Origin: Macrostomum hystrix
Lineage: Eukaryota; Animalia; Platyhelminthes
Length of the DNA: 64,000 nucleotides
Direction: 5' to 3'
Assembly (NCBI GenBank): GCA_950097015.1
Contig: CATNEN010000038.1
Location: forward strand, 26,102,001-26,166,000
Shown one piece after another: positions 1 to 16,619 of this stretch. Position 1 is the first letter of the stretch; every line of letters starts with the position of its first letter. The translations under genes and the position numbers were made by a program. The notes under the pieces were generated by a model. The model did not search any database. It had not been told where the DNA came from and was given only the letters and a program-made list of their open reading frames with translations.

Positions 1-3531
<3,531 letters not shown>

Positions 3532-3639
3532 TCACTTGTTGCCAGCATTTTTATTGGATTCTGGCTAGGCGTTTGATCTCTTCAATTGAAGTCTATAAAA
3601 CATCTGACAGGGTTACAGATGGGGTGGTGGTGGAGAGAA

Positions 3640-4285
3640 TAGGGTGAGATGGTAGATAAAGTAGGGTGAGATAGCAGATTAAGTAGGGTGAGATGGTAGA
3701 TAAAGTAGGGTGAGATGGTAGGTAAAGAAGGGTGAGATAGTAGATAAAGTAGGGTGAGCTAGTAGATTAAGTAGGGTGAGATGGTAGGTAAATAAGGGTG
3801 AGATAGCAGATAAAGTAGGGTGAGATAGCAGATAAAGTAGGGTGAGCTTGTAGATTAAGTAGGGTGAAGTGATAGATAAATTAGGGTTAGATGGTAGATT
3901 ATGTAAGAGATGAAAGAGTGTAGAGTGAGATGTTAGATACAGTAGGGTGAGATGAAAGGGTGCAAGGGTGAGATCAAAGGGTGTAAGGGTGAGATGAAAG
4001 GGTGTAAGGGTGAGATGAAAGGGTGCAAGGGTGAGATGAAAGGGTGCAAGGGTGAGATGAAAGGGTGTAAGGGTGAGATGAAAGGGTGTAAGGGTGAGAT
4101 GAAAGGGTGTAAGGGTGAGATGAAAGGGTGTAAGGGTGAGATGAAAGGGTGTAAGGGTGAGATGAAAGAGTGTAAGGGTGAGATGAAAGGGTGCAAGGGT
4201 GAGATGAAAGGGTGCAAGGGTGAGATGAAAGGGTGCAAGGGTGAGATGAAAGGGTGTAAGGGTGGGATGAGAGATTGTAAGGTGA
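3640..4285. repeat. 21-bp G-rich minisatellite (AAGGGTGAGATGAAAGGGTGT) downstream of GOLPH3 stop
   Basis: Tandem copies; degenerate 5' half, homogeneous 3' half. Confidence 0.95.
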
Positions 4286-4884
4286 GTGTCCGATAATCTC
4301 ATTATCACATTTATGTGAGACAGTGAGCGTAAGATAAGAATCGACACTACATATTCTATCTCGTAGCCGCTTAAAAGTGACCCCAGTTTTCAGAGTTGAA
4401 GACATTCAAGCCTTATTAGGTATCACAATTTTCAGGTGTTTGTGTGGTCAATGGTTGTTGCTAGCGAGTAGTTTGTAGTTTGCATAAATTTTGCACACAC
4501 TATCACTTTGTAAAATATATATCTTAAATAGCTAGCTGCTTTTTTTTATTTGTTATCTTTCAATTTTCAGACTTTTTCTTGGTGTTTTACCGTCGCAATT
4601 TTTTGTCACACTGCATACTGATTAACGTATTTTTTACTACCTTATTTACTTCATAGTGCCTTTGGTATTTCTTGTATCTATAGTTGTGTCAATCTTAAAC
4701 GAACAGTTGTCACATTGCGGATTTCAAACTTACCTCTCAATTTATATTTATGTAACATGAAAGTTATCAAATCTCGATGTTTAATTAGAAATCAAAATGA
4801 AACAGCTTTTTGCTTAATAGATACTTCGTAAAATTTTCTGACCAGTTGTTGTTTTATTTCATTGTATTTACAGAATTATCGTCA

Positions 4885-5670
4885 GCTAGACAGACATACA
4901 GACTGATTGACAGCAATACTGAGTTACAGACTGATTGACAGCTAGACTGAGCTACAGACTGATTGACAGTTAGTCTGAGCTACAGACTGATTGACAGCTA
5001 GACTGAGTTACAGACTGATTGACAGTTAGACTGAGTTACAGACTGATTGACAGTTAGACTGAGTTACAGACTGATTGACAGCTAGACTGAGCTACAGACT
5101 GATTGACAGCTAGACTGAGTTACAGACTGATTGACAGTTAGACAGACTTACAGACTGATTCACAGTTAGACTGAGTTACAGACTGATTGACAGTTAGACT
5201 GAGTTACAGACTGATTGACAGCAATACTGAGTTACAGACTGATTGACAGTTAGACTGAGCTACAGACTGATTGACAGCTAGACTGAGCTACAGTCTGATT
5301 GACAGCTAGACTGAGTTACAGACTGATTGACAGTTAGACTGAGCTACAGACTGATTGACAGCTAGACTGAGCTACAGACTGATTGACAGTTAGACTGAGT
5401 TACAGACTGATTGACAGTTAGACTGAGTTTCAGACTGATTGACAGCTAGACTGAGCTACAGACTGATTGACAGTTAGACTGAGTTACAGACTGATTGACA
5501 GCTAGACTGAGCTACAGACTGATTGAAAGTTAGACTGAGTTACAGACTGATTGACAGTTAGACTGAGCTACAGACTGATTGACAGCTAGACAGACTTACA
5601 GACTGATTCACAGTTAGACTGAGTTACAGACTGATTCACAGTTAGACTGAGTTACAGACTGATTGACAGG
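4885..5670. repeat. 28-bp minisatellite (GAGTTACAGACTGATTGACAGTTAGACT)
   Basis: Tandem copies directly visible. Confidence 0.96.
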
Positions 5671-6399
5671 CTTGCATATCTGCTAAAGTTAATAGTTAAA
5701 AATAAATTTTATCAGCTAAATCTCTTTTAATTAAAAAAACTACAGGTTCTTCATTTTAATATGAATGAATATGTTTATTACAGCCCAAATTTAAGCAGAT
5801 AATTATTTTCTTGTTATGACTTTAAACTTTTCAGAAAATTTTGTGTTTTGAATTTCATTCCACGAATCGTATAGACATAATTCCATCCTTACTACTCGTT
5901 TTAATGTAAGTAGTTTTACAGAGACTGTGAATATGATCGTTTCAATTTGTCACACGGTTAACGCTTGACTGACGCATCGGTTTTGTGCAATATAAAAAGG
6001 TGTGATATTTTTTTCTTTTTAATTTGCAATCGTAGATTTTCTGTAGATTGTGGGCCTTGATATATTTTTCCTGTCTTTTCTGTGTAGTATAGATGTTATT
6101 TAAGTACCTGAAATTTCGGCTTTTAATTATATTGTTTTCTCGCCACAGGAACACAGAAAAAATGTACACGTTTTTATATTTTACAGGTGTTTTGTTTTGG
6201 TTCGAATGCTGAATTGTCCGCCTTGGACAAAAACATTTTCACTGATGACTAACATATTATTAGTGACTTTGTTAATCATTTTGCTGTTTACCACAAACTC
6301 CGCCTGCTTTTCAACAGTGAAAACTGATCAAGGTTACAGTCTTCATTGGGGAATTCTCACTAATTAGGGATTATCTAAATCCGTTTTGGGGATCTTTCA

Positions 6400-6865
6400 A
6401 TATATTTAGACGATATCTCAATTTATTTACACGATATCTTAATCCATTTACACGATATCTTAATCCATTTAGACGATATCTTAATCCATTTAAACGATAT
6501 CTCAATCCATTTAGACGATATCTCGATCCATTTAGAGGATATATCGATCCATTAGGGGATATCTCAATCCATTTAGAGGATATCTCAATCCATTTAGAGG
6601 ATATCTCGATCCATTTAGAGGATATCTCAATCCATTTAGAGGATATCTCAATCCATTTAGAGGATATCTCGATCCATTTAGAGGATATCTCAATCCATTT
6701 AGAGGATATCTCGATCCATTAAGGGATATCATAATCCATTTAGAGGATATCTCAATCCATTTAGAGGATATCTCAATCCATGTAGAGGATATCTCAATCC
6801 ATGTAGACGATATCTCAATCCATGTAGACGATATCTCAATCCATGTAGACGATATCTCAATCCAT
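6400..6865. repeat. 21-bp minisatellite (GATATCTCAATCCATTTAGAG)
   Basis: Tandem copies directly visible. Confidence 0.95.
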
Positions 6866-7404
6866 TGTCAATGCATAGCGGTATCTACTAAAGTTCTAGT
6901 GTAGCGCTGTCTATCAATTTCTAATCGAGTCGAAAAACTTAGTTGAACTCAAGTGAGCTCATATCAGCAGACTCGATATAATAAAACTTACACGGAAAAA
7001 TTTGCGAAATTCAGCTAGGTACACAGAAATTTTCTCAGGATAGTCTTGAAAAGAACCGTGCTAATAATATGAAGGCTTATATTCGTCTGTCCTAATCACA
7101 TTGCTTCACAACAGCCTAGCTGTGCCAATATTAATACGTCAGTGCAAAAATGTACTAACACACTTCACCAAACAGGCCCCAGTGCAAGCCTGTGCAAACA
7201 CTGCATAACTAATGGCTGGCAGGGCTTATATAGTGTGCAAGCCTAATGCGCAACACGCCTACACTAATATCTGTCGCTTTTAATAAATTGGTCTTTTATT
7301 AATTAAGAGTCTGGTTTACTTTCACTCCAAATCTGTAAACTAGACTAAGTATTTTGTTATTTTACAATCGTCGAAATTTTATATCTTTGTTCAAATTGTA
7401 ATTC

Positions 7405-8543
7405 ATGTCGAAACCTGTTGAGAGAAAAGCAAGATTGTTACAGAACAGGGTGAGTGTCCTGCTTGTTGAAATCGATTTAATATACACTGACCCTCTCACT
7501 CAATAAGTCACTTACTCACTCACTCACTCACTCACTCACTCACTCACTCACTCACTCACTCACTCACTCACTCACTCACTCACTCACTCACTCACTCACT
7601 CACTCACTCACTCACTCACTCACTCACTCACTCACTCACTCACTCACTCACTCACTCACTCACTCACTCACTCACTCACTCACTCACTCACTCACTCACT
7701 CACTAACTCACTAACTCACTCACTCACTCACTCACTCACTCACTCACTCACTCACTCACTCACTCACTCACTCACTCACTCACTCACTCACTCACTCACT
7801 CACTCACTCACTCACTCACTCACTCACTCACTCACTCACTCACTCACTCACTCACTCACTCACTCACTCACTCACTCACTCACTCACTCACTCACTCACT
7901 CACTCACTCACTCTCTCACTCACTAACTCACTCACTCACTCACTCACTAACTCACTCACTCACTCACTAACTCACTCACTCACTCACTCACTCACTCACT
8001 CACTCACTCACTCACTCACTCACTCACTCACTCACCCACTCACTCACTCACTCACTCACTCACTCACTCACTCTCTCACTCACTCACTCACTCACTCACT
8101 CACTCACTCACTCACTCACTCACTCACTCACTCACTCTCTCACTCACTCACTCACTCTCTCACTTACTCACTCACTCTCTCACTCACTCACTCACTCACT
8201 TACTCACTCACTCACTCACTCACTCACTAATTGGGATGGCCCAATCAATGTTTCTACATAACCATTGCAACGCACTTGCACAATAGCCTCTATCTCAAAT
8301 ATCTACCCGTAGTCCATTTAGCTTGCGTTTGAATTGATCAAAGCACAGCTGGAGTTCTGGATCTATGCAAATCCTGAATTTTGGCAAATAACTCGGAGAC
8401 AGAGAGACTAGCAGAGAGAGTTGGACGCAAGAAAAGACAGAGCAATGGCCAGAATGAAACGGCAGGTGGGAGACCGGTGGAAAATGTATGCAAACTTTGT
8501 GACCAGAAAAAGTCAAGAAACTAAAGGAAACTTGGTTGAATAA
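7405..8543 (+). pseudogene. Small two-exon ORF (7405-7449, 8322-8543) with in-frame TAG at 8409-8411; pseudogene, 44-aa ORF or readthrough 88-aa protein
   Basis: ATG exon MSKPVERKARLLQNR ends at a strong GTGAGT donor. The phase-0 acceptor ccatttag is followed by LAFELIKAQLEFWIYANPEFWQITRRQRD*QRELDARKDRAMARMKRQVGDRWKMYANFVTRKSQETKGNLVE*. No homolog recognised. Confidence 0.4.
7508..8228. repeat. (CACT)n microsatellite, about 720 bp
   Basis: Directly visible. Confidence 0.99.
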
Positions 8544-8672
8544 ATTACTTTAGGCATTTGCAAGCCGTGTAAGTCAGAAATAGCTGGACGGCGCGTAGTT
8601 CCTTCACCATAAACACTTTCCTATCAGCCTGTTGCTTACAACTCAGACAAATAATTAGTTAGAATCATTGCA

Positions 8673-11600
8673 ATGTCATCTTCTCATAATGAACAAACAC
8701 GGAAAGACGGTAATCCATCATTGTTCAAACTGTCTGATCAGCATGTCGGCCCTGCTGAGAAATCTCAAATCGATAGTGACAGTGAGCATGAGCTGGACGC
8801 GTTTCAGAACCAGTCTGATGAGAAGGTTTGATAATTTGCTCCTGAATTCAAGAACTCATGAAACTCATGAAACTCATGAAACTCATGAAACTCATGAAAC
8901 TCACGAACTCATGAAACTCATGAAACTCATGAAACTCATGAAACTCATGAAACTCATGAAACTCATGAAACTCATGAAACTCATGAAACTCATGAAACTC
9001 ACGAACTCATGAAACTCATGAAACTCATGAAACTCATGAAACTCATGAAACTCACGAACTCATGAAACTCATGAAACTCATGAAACTCATGAAACTCATG
9101 AAACTCATGAAACTCATGAAACTCATGAACCCGCTCCCATACAAGCAGCTCAGCGGCCTGTTCCGCCGCAAGGCCAACGCAGTTCGAGTCTTGTGCCGCG
9201 TCAGCTTGACATTTTCGCAGTGCGCCCGCGAAGCCGGAGTGCACGCGCCGCTGACTGCGACCGCAGCTTCGGTTGCTCATCCGCAGCCGAGCCTGGCCAG
9301 ATTCTACTCCGAGTCGGATGGCTACCTGGAGTTCGATGCAGGCGAATACAGATTTAGCACGGGTGACGAATACAGGTGGCCAAGGTACGCAGTCGGGCCC
9401 GTGCTTCGACTGCCACAGCATCGAACAGCGGAGGATGTCGACTGCATCAGGACCTTGATGCGGCAGCTGAGATTCTGCCGCAGACTGCCCGAGCAAGTCC
9501 TGCAGAAACTGGCTGGCAATGCGTTCTATATGAGGTGAGTGCGTCTTTCCAACGCGTTAATGTCTATTCAACGCCTAACGGGTTCGTGAATTTGTTACCA
9601 ATCTGTTTCGTCATCGTCATGGATTCGGGTTGTTACCGATGTGGTTTGTTACCGATGTGGTTTGTTACCGATGTGGTTTGTCACCGATGTGGTTTGTTAC
9701 CGATGTGGTTTGTTACCGATGTGGTTTGTTACCGATGTGGTTTGTCACCGATGTGGTTTGTTACCGATGTGGTTTGTTACCGATGTGGTTTGTCACCGAT
9801 GTGGTTTGTTACCGATGTGGTTTGTTACCGATGTGGTTTGTTACCGATGTGGTTTGTCACCGATGTGGTTTGTTACCGATGTGGTTTGTTACCGATGTGG
9901 TTTGTTACCGATGTGGTTTGTTACCGATGTGGTTTGTTACCGATGTGGTTTGTTACCGATGTGGTTTGTCACCGATGTGGTTTGTTACCGATGTGGTTTG
10001 TTACCGATGTGGTTTGTTACCGATGTGGTTTGTCACCGATGTGGTTTGTTACCGATGTGGTTTGTTACCGATGTGGTTTGTTACCGATGTGGTTTGTCAC
10101 CGATGTGGTTTGTTACCGATGTGGTTTGTTACCGATGTGGTTTGTTACCGATGTGGTTTGTTACCGATGTGGTTTGTTACTGATGTGGTTTGTTACCGAT
10201 GTGGTTTGTTACCGATGTGGTTTGTTACTGATGTGGTTTGTTACCGATGTGGTTTGTTATCGATGTGGTTTGTTACCGATGTGGTATGTCATGAAGATGT
10301 GGTATGTCATGAAGATGTGGTTTGTCATGAATATTTGGTTTGTCATGAAGATTTGGTTTGTCATGAAGATGTGGTTTGTCATGAAGATGTGGTTTGTTAT
10401 GAAGATGTGGTTTGTTATGAAGATGTGGTTTGTCATGAAGATGTGGTTTGTCATGAATATTGTTATGAAGATGGGGTTTGTCATGAAAAACATATTTAGT
10501 TAGTCGCATTTTTATCTCCTATTTTTTTAAATAGGCAATCAAACTTTGTTTTTAATGTGTTAGCACTTTTACCTAGAGTTAAATAAAGCATTCCGCTAAC
10601 AAACTTACCCATTCTTACCTCCAGACTCGAGAAAGGTCGTGACGTGCTTCGTCAGGGCCACATAGGCTACTCATTCTACATGATCTTCTCGGGTCGAGTT
10701 GTTGTCAGAAACTCAGCCTCGGACAGTAACTCTGAGTCTGTGCAGCTCACCAAGGGTGACGTCTTCGGCGATCGGGCTTTGTTATTCAAATCGGTGCGAA
10801 ATGCCACGGTCACTACGGAGACGCCGCTGACGGAGCTGCTAATCGCCTATGACGATAGCTTCTTTGAGTCTGGCCTAGCAGAATATCTGATGCAGCAGGT
10901 TCACAAAGTCGCGCGTTTCTTGCAGTAATTTTTTCATTTATTTGGTATCTAGAAAATATTCTTTTCTACTTTGACTGTTCAGTATGCTCAATTCCGCTTC
11001 TAGGAAACATATAAACATACTTAGAGATGAGAAACGGGGAGAGATAGACAAGGTAGAGATAAGACAGTGGAGAGATTAGACAATCGAGAAATGAGACAAT
11101 GGAGAGATGAGACAATGGACAGATGAGACAATGGAGAGATGAGTCGGGGGCAGATGGCACAGGGGAGCGATGAGACAGTATGTAGATGAGATGCAAGTGA
11201 AATCCCTTTATCTACTCTATTCTTGACACAAAACCTTTTGTACACCGTCTTTTCAGGGGTGTTCCGCTCCTGTCCAATCTACAGCCGCAGCAGGAGCCTG
11301 TCGACGCTGAACCAGCTTCAATACCAGAAGCAGAGGAATTGTCTGAAGACAGTCATCAAGATCATCAAGCTGAGGCTCTAGCGCTGGAAAATTTTCGTCA
11401 GCAAGCACTGAACAGTCTGGCGAGCAGTTGTGTACAACTAGACTATCTGGACGGATGTCAAATAGTATCAGATTCTCGACGCACCGACTGTGTCTGGATT
11501 CTGATGTCAGGCTACGCCGACTGCTACAGAGTTCTAGACAGGCCGCCAGATCAATTCACCGCCAAGGTTGGGCACCTAGTGCCCGGCAGTGTGTTTGTGA

Positions 11601-13485
11601 GTGTTTCCTTCTGGATAATATATATCGAGAGAGAGACTTTTCGAATATTTTGTTATTTCAACAGGCGCGATTAGAGAAATTTGTTACAGAATGTGTTTAG
11701 TTAGACCCGCAGCCAGCGAGGAGGCAATTCTGCCCATTTCGCTGACTCCTGAGCGCACACGCACACATATAATGTACGCAGGCACACACTCACACTGGTG
11801 TGTACATCTGCCTGACATTCTCATCGCTGTCGCTTGGAGGTTGGCCCTCAAGGGTGCAAATTTCACGACAAGGCCCCAAGGTTTCTCTTTGTGGCTGTGC
11901 CTTAAATGAATGTGGCCTCGCCGCGAAATCGAGCTCAGGGACCTTGGTGCGAGAGGCGGACGCGCTAAGCGCTCTGCCACCGACCACCTAATGTGTATAG
12001 TTAGCTGATGTCCCCCTTCGGAGGTCCACTTGCTACTGCGGTGCAGAACTGATTGATGTACAGATATGTATTTCCGCAATTTACGATGTACTAACTTTGA
12101 CGTACAAGCTCTCTGACGTCAGCATCGTTGAGATGTTCAGTGATTTTTGTCGGAGACCCTGATGACAAGGATACTAATATTGCTCTGTATAAACCTTTAT
12201 GGCGAATTCATATTTGTTCAATAATATAATAATTAACGATATAATCACTACAATATAGTAAAATATAATAGCCGATATGGTCAAATGATTTAATTTAGTA
12301 AGCAGAAAAAGTTTGCATTTATTGGCGGTTCTTACTAACTGACACCCCGACGAGGATCGTTGAACATCTCGACGATGCCGATGTTTGTGATTCTGGAAGT
12401 TGTTACATCGAATAGAGCGAAAAGATTTTAGCCCTATGTTCTGGACATTCATGGCGATTGGTCTGACTATTTTAGGAGATACATGAACAAAGAAAAAATG
12501 TGTGCGTTTATAAATTAGAGAACAACTTAATTAAGAGCACGCTTAAGTGTCCTTAAGTTGTCATTGTATGAATTACCCCCTGGTCATTACTGCAGTTAAA
12601 TCTAGTAAAAAAAACAGGTTTTTCTGTTAGATTCGTTAAAAATCTCGATGTTATGGAAAGGTAGCGACTTGACACGTCTCAGAAAGTTTGCTACAAAGAA
12701 TTTCAGCCAAATTTTTCAGAGTTTTGTGTCCCTGCATTGCTAAACCTATTTTGCGCCTCATAACGAGACATTTAGCGCTCTTTAGAATTACTTAAAAGGT
12801 CGGTAAAATGCTTAATTCTCAGCTAAGAGTGATCACTAAGATTCCAGACTATATCGTCAAACAAAGGCAAACAAAACACATAGAAAAATTCCAATCAGTC
12901 TCATGATCTGGCCCCAACTAAATCAGGCGTAATTTTGTGCTCGCTTCAACAAACAATTCACTGCCTAGAACCAAGCGGTAGACATTGCCTAAGATACAGT
13001 CCTTTGCACTCCATCCAAAGGGCCTGGCCGGAGGTCCAGACAACGACCGACCGTTTCGCCTGATCAGCCGAGGCTGCCGCATACTGTCCGTGTCAAGACC
13101 AGTCCTGGAGGAGATTTTGACTCGAGACGTCGCGGCAGTCGCCGCCGTCGAGGCAGCGATGCGACAGCCGTCTGACAAGCGTCTTCGGCGAGCCTGCCAA
13201 GGCCAGACAGCCTGGCAACGTTGGCGACGCTCCGAGGTGCTGGCCACAGTTCGGCGTCTTCAAGCCGATCCGGCTGGTCGATTTGAAAGGCTTCACGTTG
13301 GAACGGTTCCCATAGCAACTAGATTGACTCCGGGTTCAACGACTCGAGAGCGAGTGAAGCTGCCCGCGATACAGCCCGCCATAAGGGCAAAGGACAATGC
13401 TACTGATGGTAGCAAGTATGATAGCAATACACGGCTTGTTCAAAGAAGCTTTACCACATTTGAATTACTAAACAGAAGTGCCTGA
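8673..13485 (+). CDS. Cyclic-nucleotide-binding domain protein (CNBD1/CNBD2-like), about 554 aa; exons 8673-8825, 9149-9534, 10625-10924, 11257-11596, 13000-13485
   Basis: PQHRTAEDVDCI...FCRRLPEQVLQKLA...RLEKGRDVLRQGHIGYSFYMIFSGRV...LTKGDVFGDRALLFKSVRNATV is a canonical cNMP domain. A second, degenerate domain follows (QIVSDSRRTDCVWILMSG...VGHLVPGSVF). All four introns are GT-AG with consistent phases (0,2,2,0). Confidence 0.88.
8852..9129. repeat. 9-bp repeat (GAAACTCAT)n in intron
   Basis: Directly visible. Confidence 0.97.
9630..10490. repeat. 16-bp minisatellite (GTTACCGATGTGGTTT) grading into an 18-bp variant (GTCATGAAGATGTGGTTT)
   Basis: Directly visible; the switch occurs near 10285. 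Confidence 0.96.
11706..11987 (-). mobile_element. tRNA-derived SINE family 2, near full length
   Basis: The minus strand begins ggtcggtggcagagcgcttagcgcgtccgcctctcgcaccaaggtccctgagctcgatttc (A/B-box-like). Body shared with 17779-17935; head shared with 1495-1606. Confidence 0.75.
12116..12410. mobile_element. Dispersed element with 38-bp inverted repeats (12116-12153 / 12347-12384), MITE-like
   Basis: Arms match at 30/38 by hand alignment. Homologous pieces occur at about 487-623 and 56956-57010. Confidence 0.55.
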
Positions 13486-13524
13486 CAGAACTAACGAGAT
13501 TCTTTGGCGGCTTGAAGAACGGCT

Positions 13525-14237
13525 TCGAGTCATTGGGTGCTGTAGGTTTTGAGCTGAGAATTGAGTCATTGGGTGCTGTAGGTTCTGAGCTGAGAATTGA
13601 GTCATTGGGTGCTGTAGGTTCTGAGCTGAGAATTGAGTCATTGGGTGCTGTAAGTTCTGAGCTGAGAATTGAGTCATTGGGTGCAGTAGGTTCTGAGCTG
13701 AGAATTGAGTCATTGGGTGCTGTAAGTTCTGAGCTGAGAATTGATTCATTGGGTGCTGTAGGTTCTGAGCTGAGAATTGAGTCATTTTGGGTGCTGTAGG
13801 TTCTGAGCTGAGAATTGAGTCATTGGGTGCTGTAGGTTCTGAGCTGAGAATTGAGTCATTGGGTGCTGTAGGTTCTGAGCTGAGAATTGAGTCATTTTGG
13901 GTGCTGTAGGTTCTGAGCTGAGAATTGAGTCATTGGGTGCAGTAGGATCTGAGCTGAGAATTGAGTCATTTTGGGTGCTGTAGGTTCTGAGCTGAGAATT
14001 GAGTCATTTTGGGTGCTGTAGGTTCTGAGCTGAGAATTGAGTCATTGGGTGCTGTAAGTTCCGAGCTGAGAATTGAGTCATTGGGTGCTGTAGGTTCTGA
14101 GCTGAGAATTGAGTCATTGGGTGCTGTAGGTTCTGAGCTGAGAATTGAGTCATTGGGTGCTGTAGGTTCTGAGCTGAGAATTGAGTCATTGGGTGCAGTA
14201 GGTTCTGAGCTGAGAATTGAGTCATTTTGGGTGCTGT
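13525..14237. repeat. 36-bp minisatellite (GAGTCATTGGGTGCTGTAGGTTCTGAGCTGAGAATT)
   Basis: Tandem copies directly visible. Confidence 0.96.
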
Positions 14238-16619
14238 ATATTTTTCTTTTCAGAATTTCTTTTTTCTTTATACTCGTAGAATCCTAATTATGACATTTTT
14301 CTTGAAAAAAGATTTTTAAAACCTCTAAAAAGATTTCACAAGGCTAGCTTTCATTCGATGCTAATTTTAATCTTTTTATTATTAATGAGATTGAATTTGT
14401 GGCAAAAATCCACGTCTTGAATGTAAGCCTGCTCGCTACTTAAACAAATATGTAAAAATTTGTTCAATTATTTTTGCATTAAGTTCATTTGCTTTGCTAG
14501 CGATTCGAAATGAACAGAGCTAAATAAAATTGTATATATTTTTCTCTTAAGATAGTCGTGAATTATGTTCTACTCTGTAACCATGTTTCCATTTTTACGC
14601 TCGTACTCCCTAGAATGAAAAATAGTGGCCGGATCAACTAAGATGATTTTACACCATTTTCACTTTAACTTTCTTGATCTTTCCAGTTGTTCTAATACTA
14701 CAAAGAATATATATGCACCGCTTGGTTAGCAAACGAACCTGAAATATGCATTGGTGTGATCTCGTCAAATATAACTACTGAGCAGTGATAATATAGTAAG
14801 AGGCGGCATCTACATTGTGTTCTATCGATTGCTACAACTTTTAAAGCAACTAGTGCAAAAAAACTTTCAAGCATCACTTAGTACTAAGTTTACGAAATTA
14901 CTTTACATAGTTTAACATTTGTCTACTTTTAGTAGTCCTTTGTTTTGTTAGAGAAATGAGAAATGGGAGAAAACGCTCTTAGTATTTAGAACACTTTTTA
15001 TTTGTAACCAAATCTTTTTGTCGCATTTGTTAATTTCATGATTGAATCTACGAGAATTTCAAAATATGCGGCTCATCACTAAATTACAAACACGTATGAT
15101 AACTATCGACGGCATTAAATTTAGTTGCAAACGCAAGTTATAACAAATAAATATATATGTTATCATCCGATAATAAAAAAAATTTCGGCAATGTTTCACT
15201 GCCGTTGAATTATTATATTAAATATGATTAAAGCAATGAAAATGTAATTTTGCATATAATTCACCGCTTTTTGCTCTAGTTTGACATGTGTAACTGGCTT
15301 CAATATTTCTCATGTTGTGTTGATGAGCTCAGTGGATAGCAACTTTTTATATTCTAACTCTTTTTTATAGCTTCCAATGCATTTCCTATATCAATTATAG
15401 GTACTATCTATCAACATTGGTATTACAAGTCAATATATATCTGGAGATATAGTCTCTTTGGTAGTCTTCGAAGTGGAACTACTTTATGTTAAATTCAGTG
15501 TCAAAATTACTATAATCGCGATTTTTTTACATTTCTTAACAATAAATTGAGCTAAAATAATTTTTGTGTTAGCCCGCCTAATAAAATTGTCATAGGGGAT
15601 TATTAAACAATTTTTTCTCAGAAAGTTTTTCAGAAAGACATTTTCATGGCACTGTGGGGCTAGTGTAAAAAGGCTGCAAGAAAGGTTGACAATCGTTTTA
15701 TAAGGCATAAATCGTAAATTATTACAAAATATCAACTTGCTACTGGAATAATTTAGTTCAACATAAAACAAATCAGTTTCTTAAAACAAAATACCAAGAA
15801 AAAAAATAATTTTCATTCTTTAGCTGGGACATATAGCTATAAATTTAGCTAACAATAAATCTTGCAGCCCATACTTCTTGATCACTTTTCTTGTAAGTAG
15901 AGAAATGAGTTAATAAGTGCATTAGTGCCACCGTATTTGGTATTTTTATGCCTAGTTTAATTAGGTAAAGTATGTCATATTCAATTGCATTGTGCCAGAT
16001 GAAGTTGACCTACCCATTTGCAGTGATTAGTTAAAACTAAATTTATTCATTCTCTTTTTCAGTGTATTTTAATCTAAAACTTCAGCTCAACAATAATGGT
16101 ATCTTTCATGTTTCTTTATTGCTATTTTAACAAATCTGTTTAAATGTTCAGTTTCAGTTTGAAATAGATAGTTCAAGCAGAGCTGTATATTTCGCGCTTT
16201 GATTTTTAATAGAGGATGATGGAAAATATGTTTCTTAGCTTTGGTATTAAAATTTTCTAATAATATTAACTACTAATCTAGCTAGCTTGTTTGTGCCAAA
16301 ATATGCTGTTACTGGCTAGTGACTTTTGACCAGCTTATTTTTTGTCGGTTAAACGAATTGCCCACGCGTGGTTAGTATCTTAATTTTTACAAGTAGAAAA
16401 AACTAGTCTTTTTGTTATCGTTTGTAGTTGTTAGTAAGAAAGCGAATATTTGTTACATTATTTCAATTTTGACAAATTATTGAAGAAAAGAAATTGAAAA
16501 TAATTATTCGAATAACCACTCGCTGCCAGCTGGTGCAGATGACTCGCAATTTCTGAAGCTTTCTGTGCAAAGTTTTCGGGTTACTTTCGATTTTAGGTAA
16601 AATATATTTTTTGGTATAA

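Noticed and set aside
9376-10503. Cys-rich ORFs (CYRCGLLPMWFVTDVV)n resembling zinc knuckles
   Set aside because: 16-bp intronic minisatellite read in all three frames; lies inside a phase-consistent intron.
13525-14237. 36-bp repeat of CRISPR-like length
   Set aside because: Head-to-tail with no unique spacers, no cas genes, eukaryotic context.
14300-16600. AT-rich intergenic stretch with short ORF 15484-15771
   Set aside because: No recognisable domain, splice structure or repeat ends.
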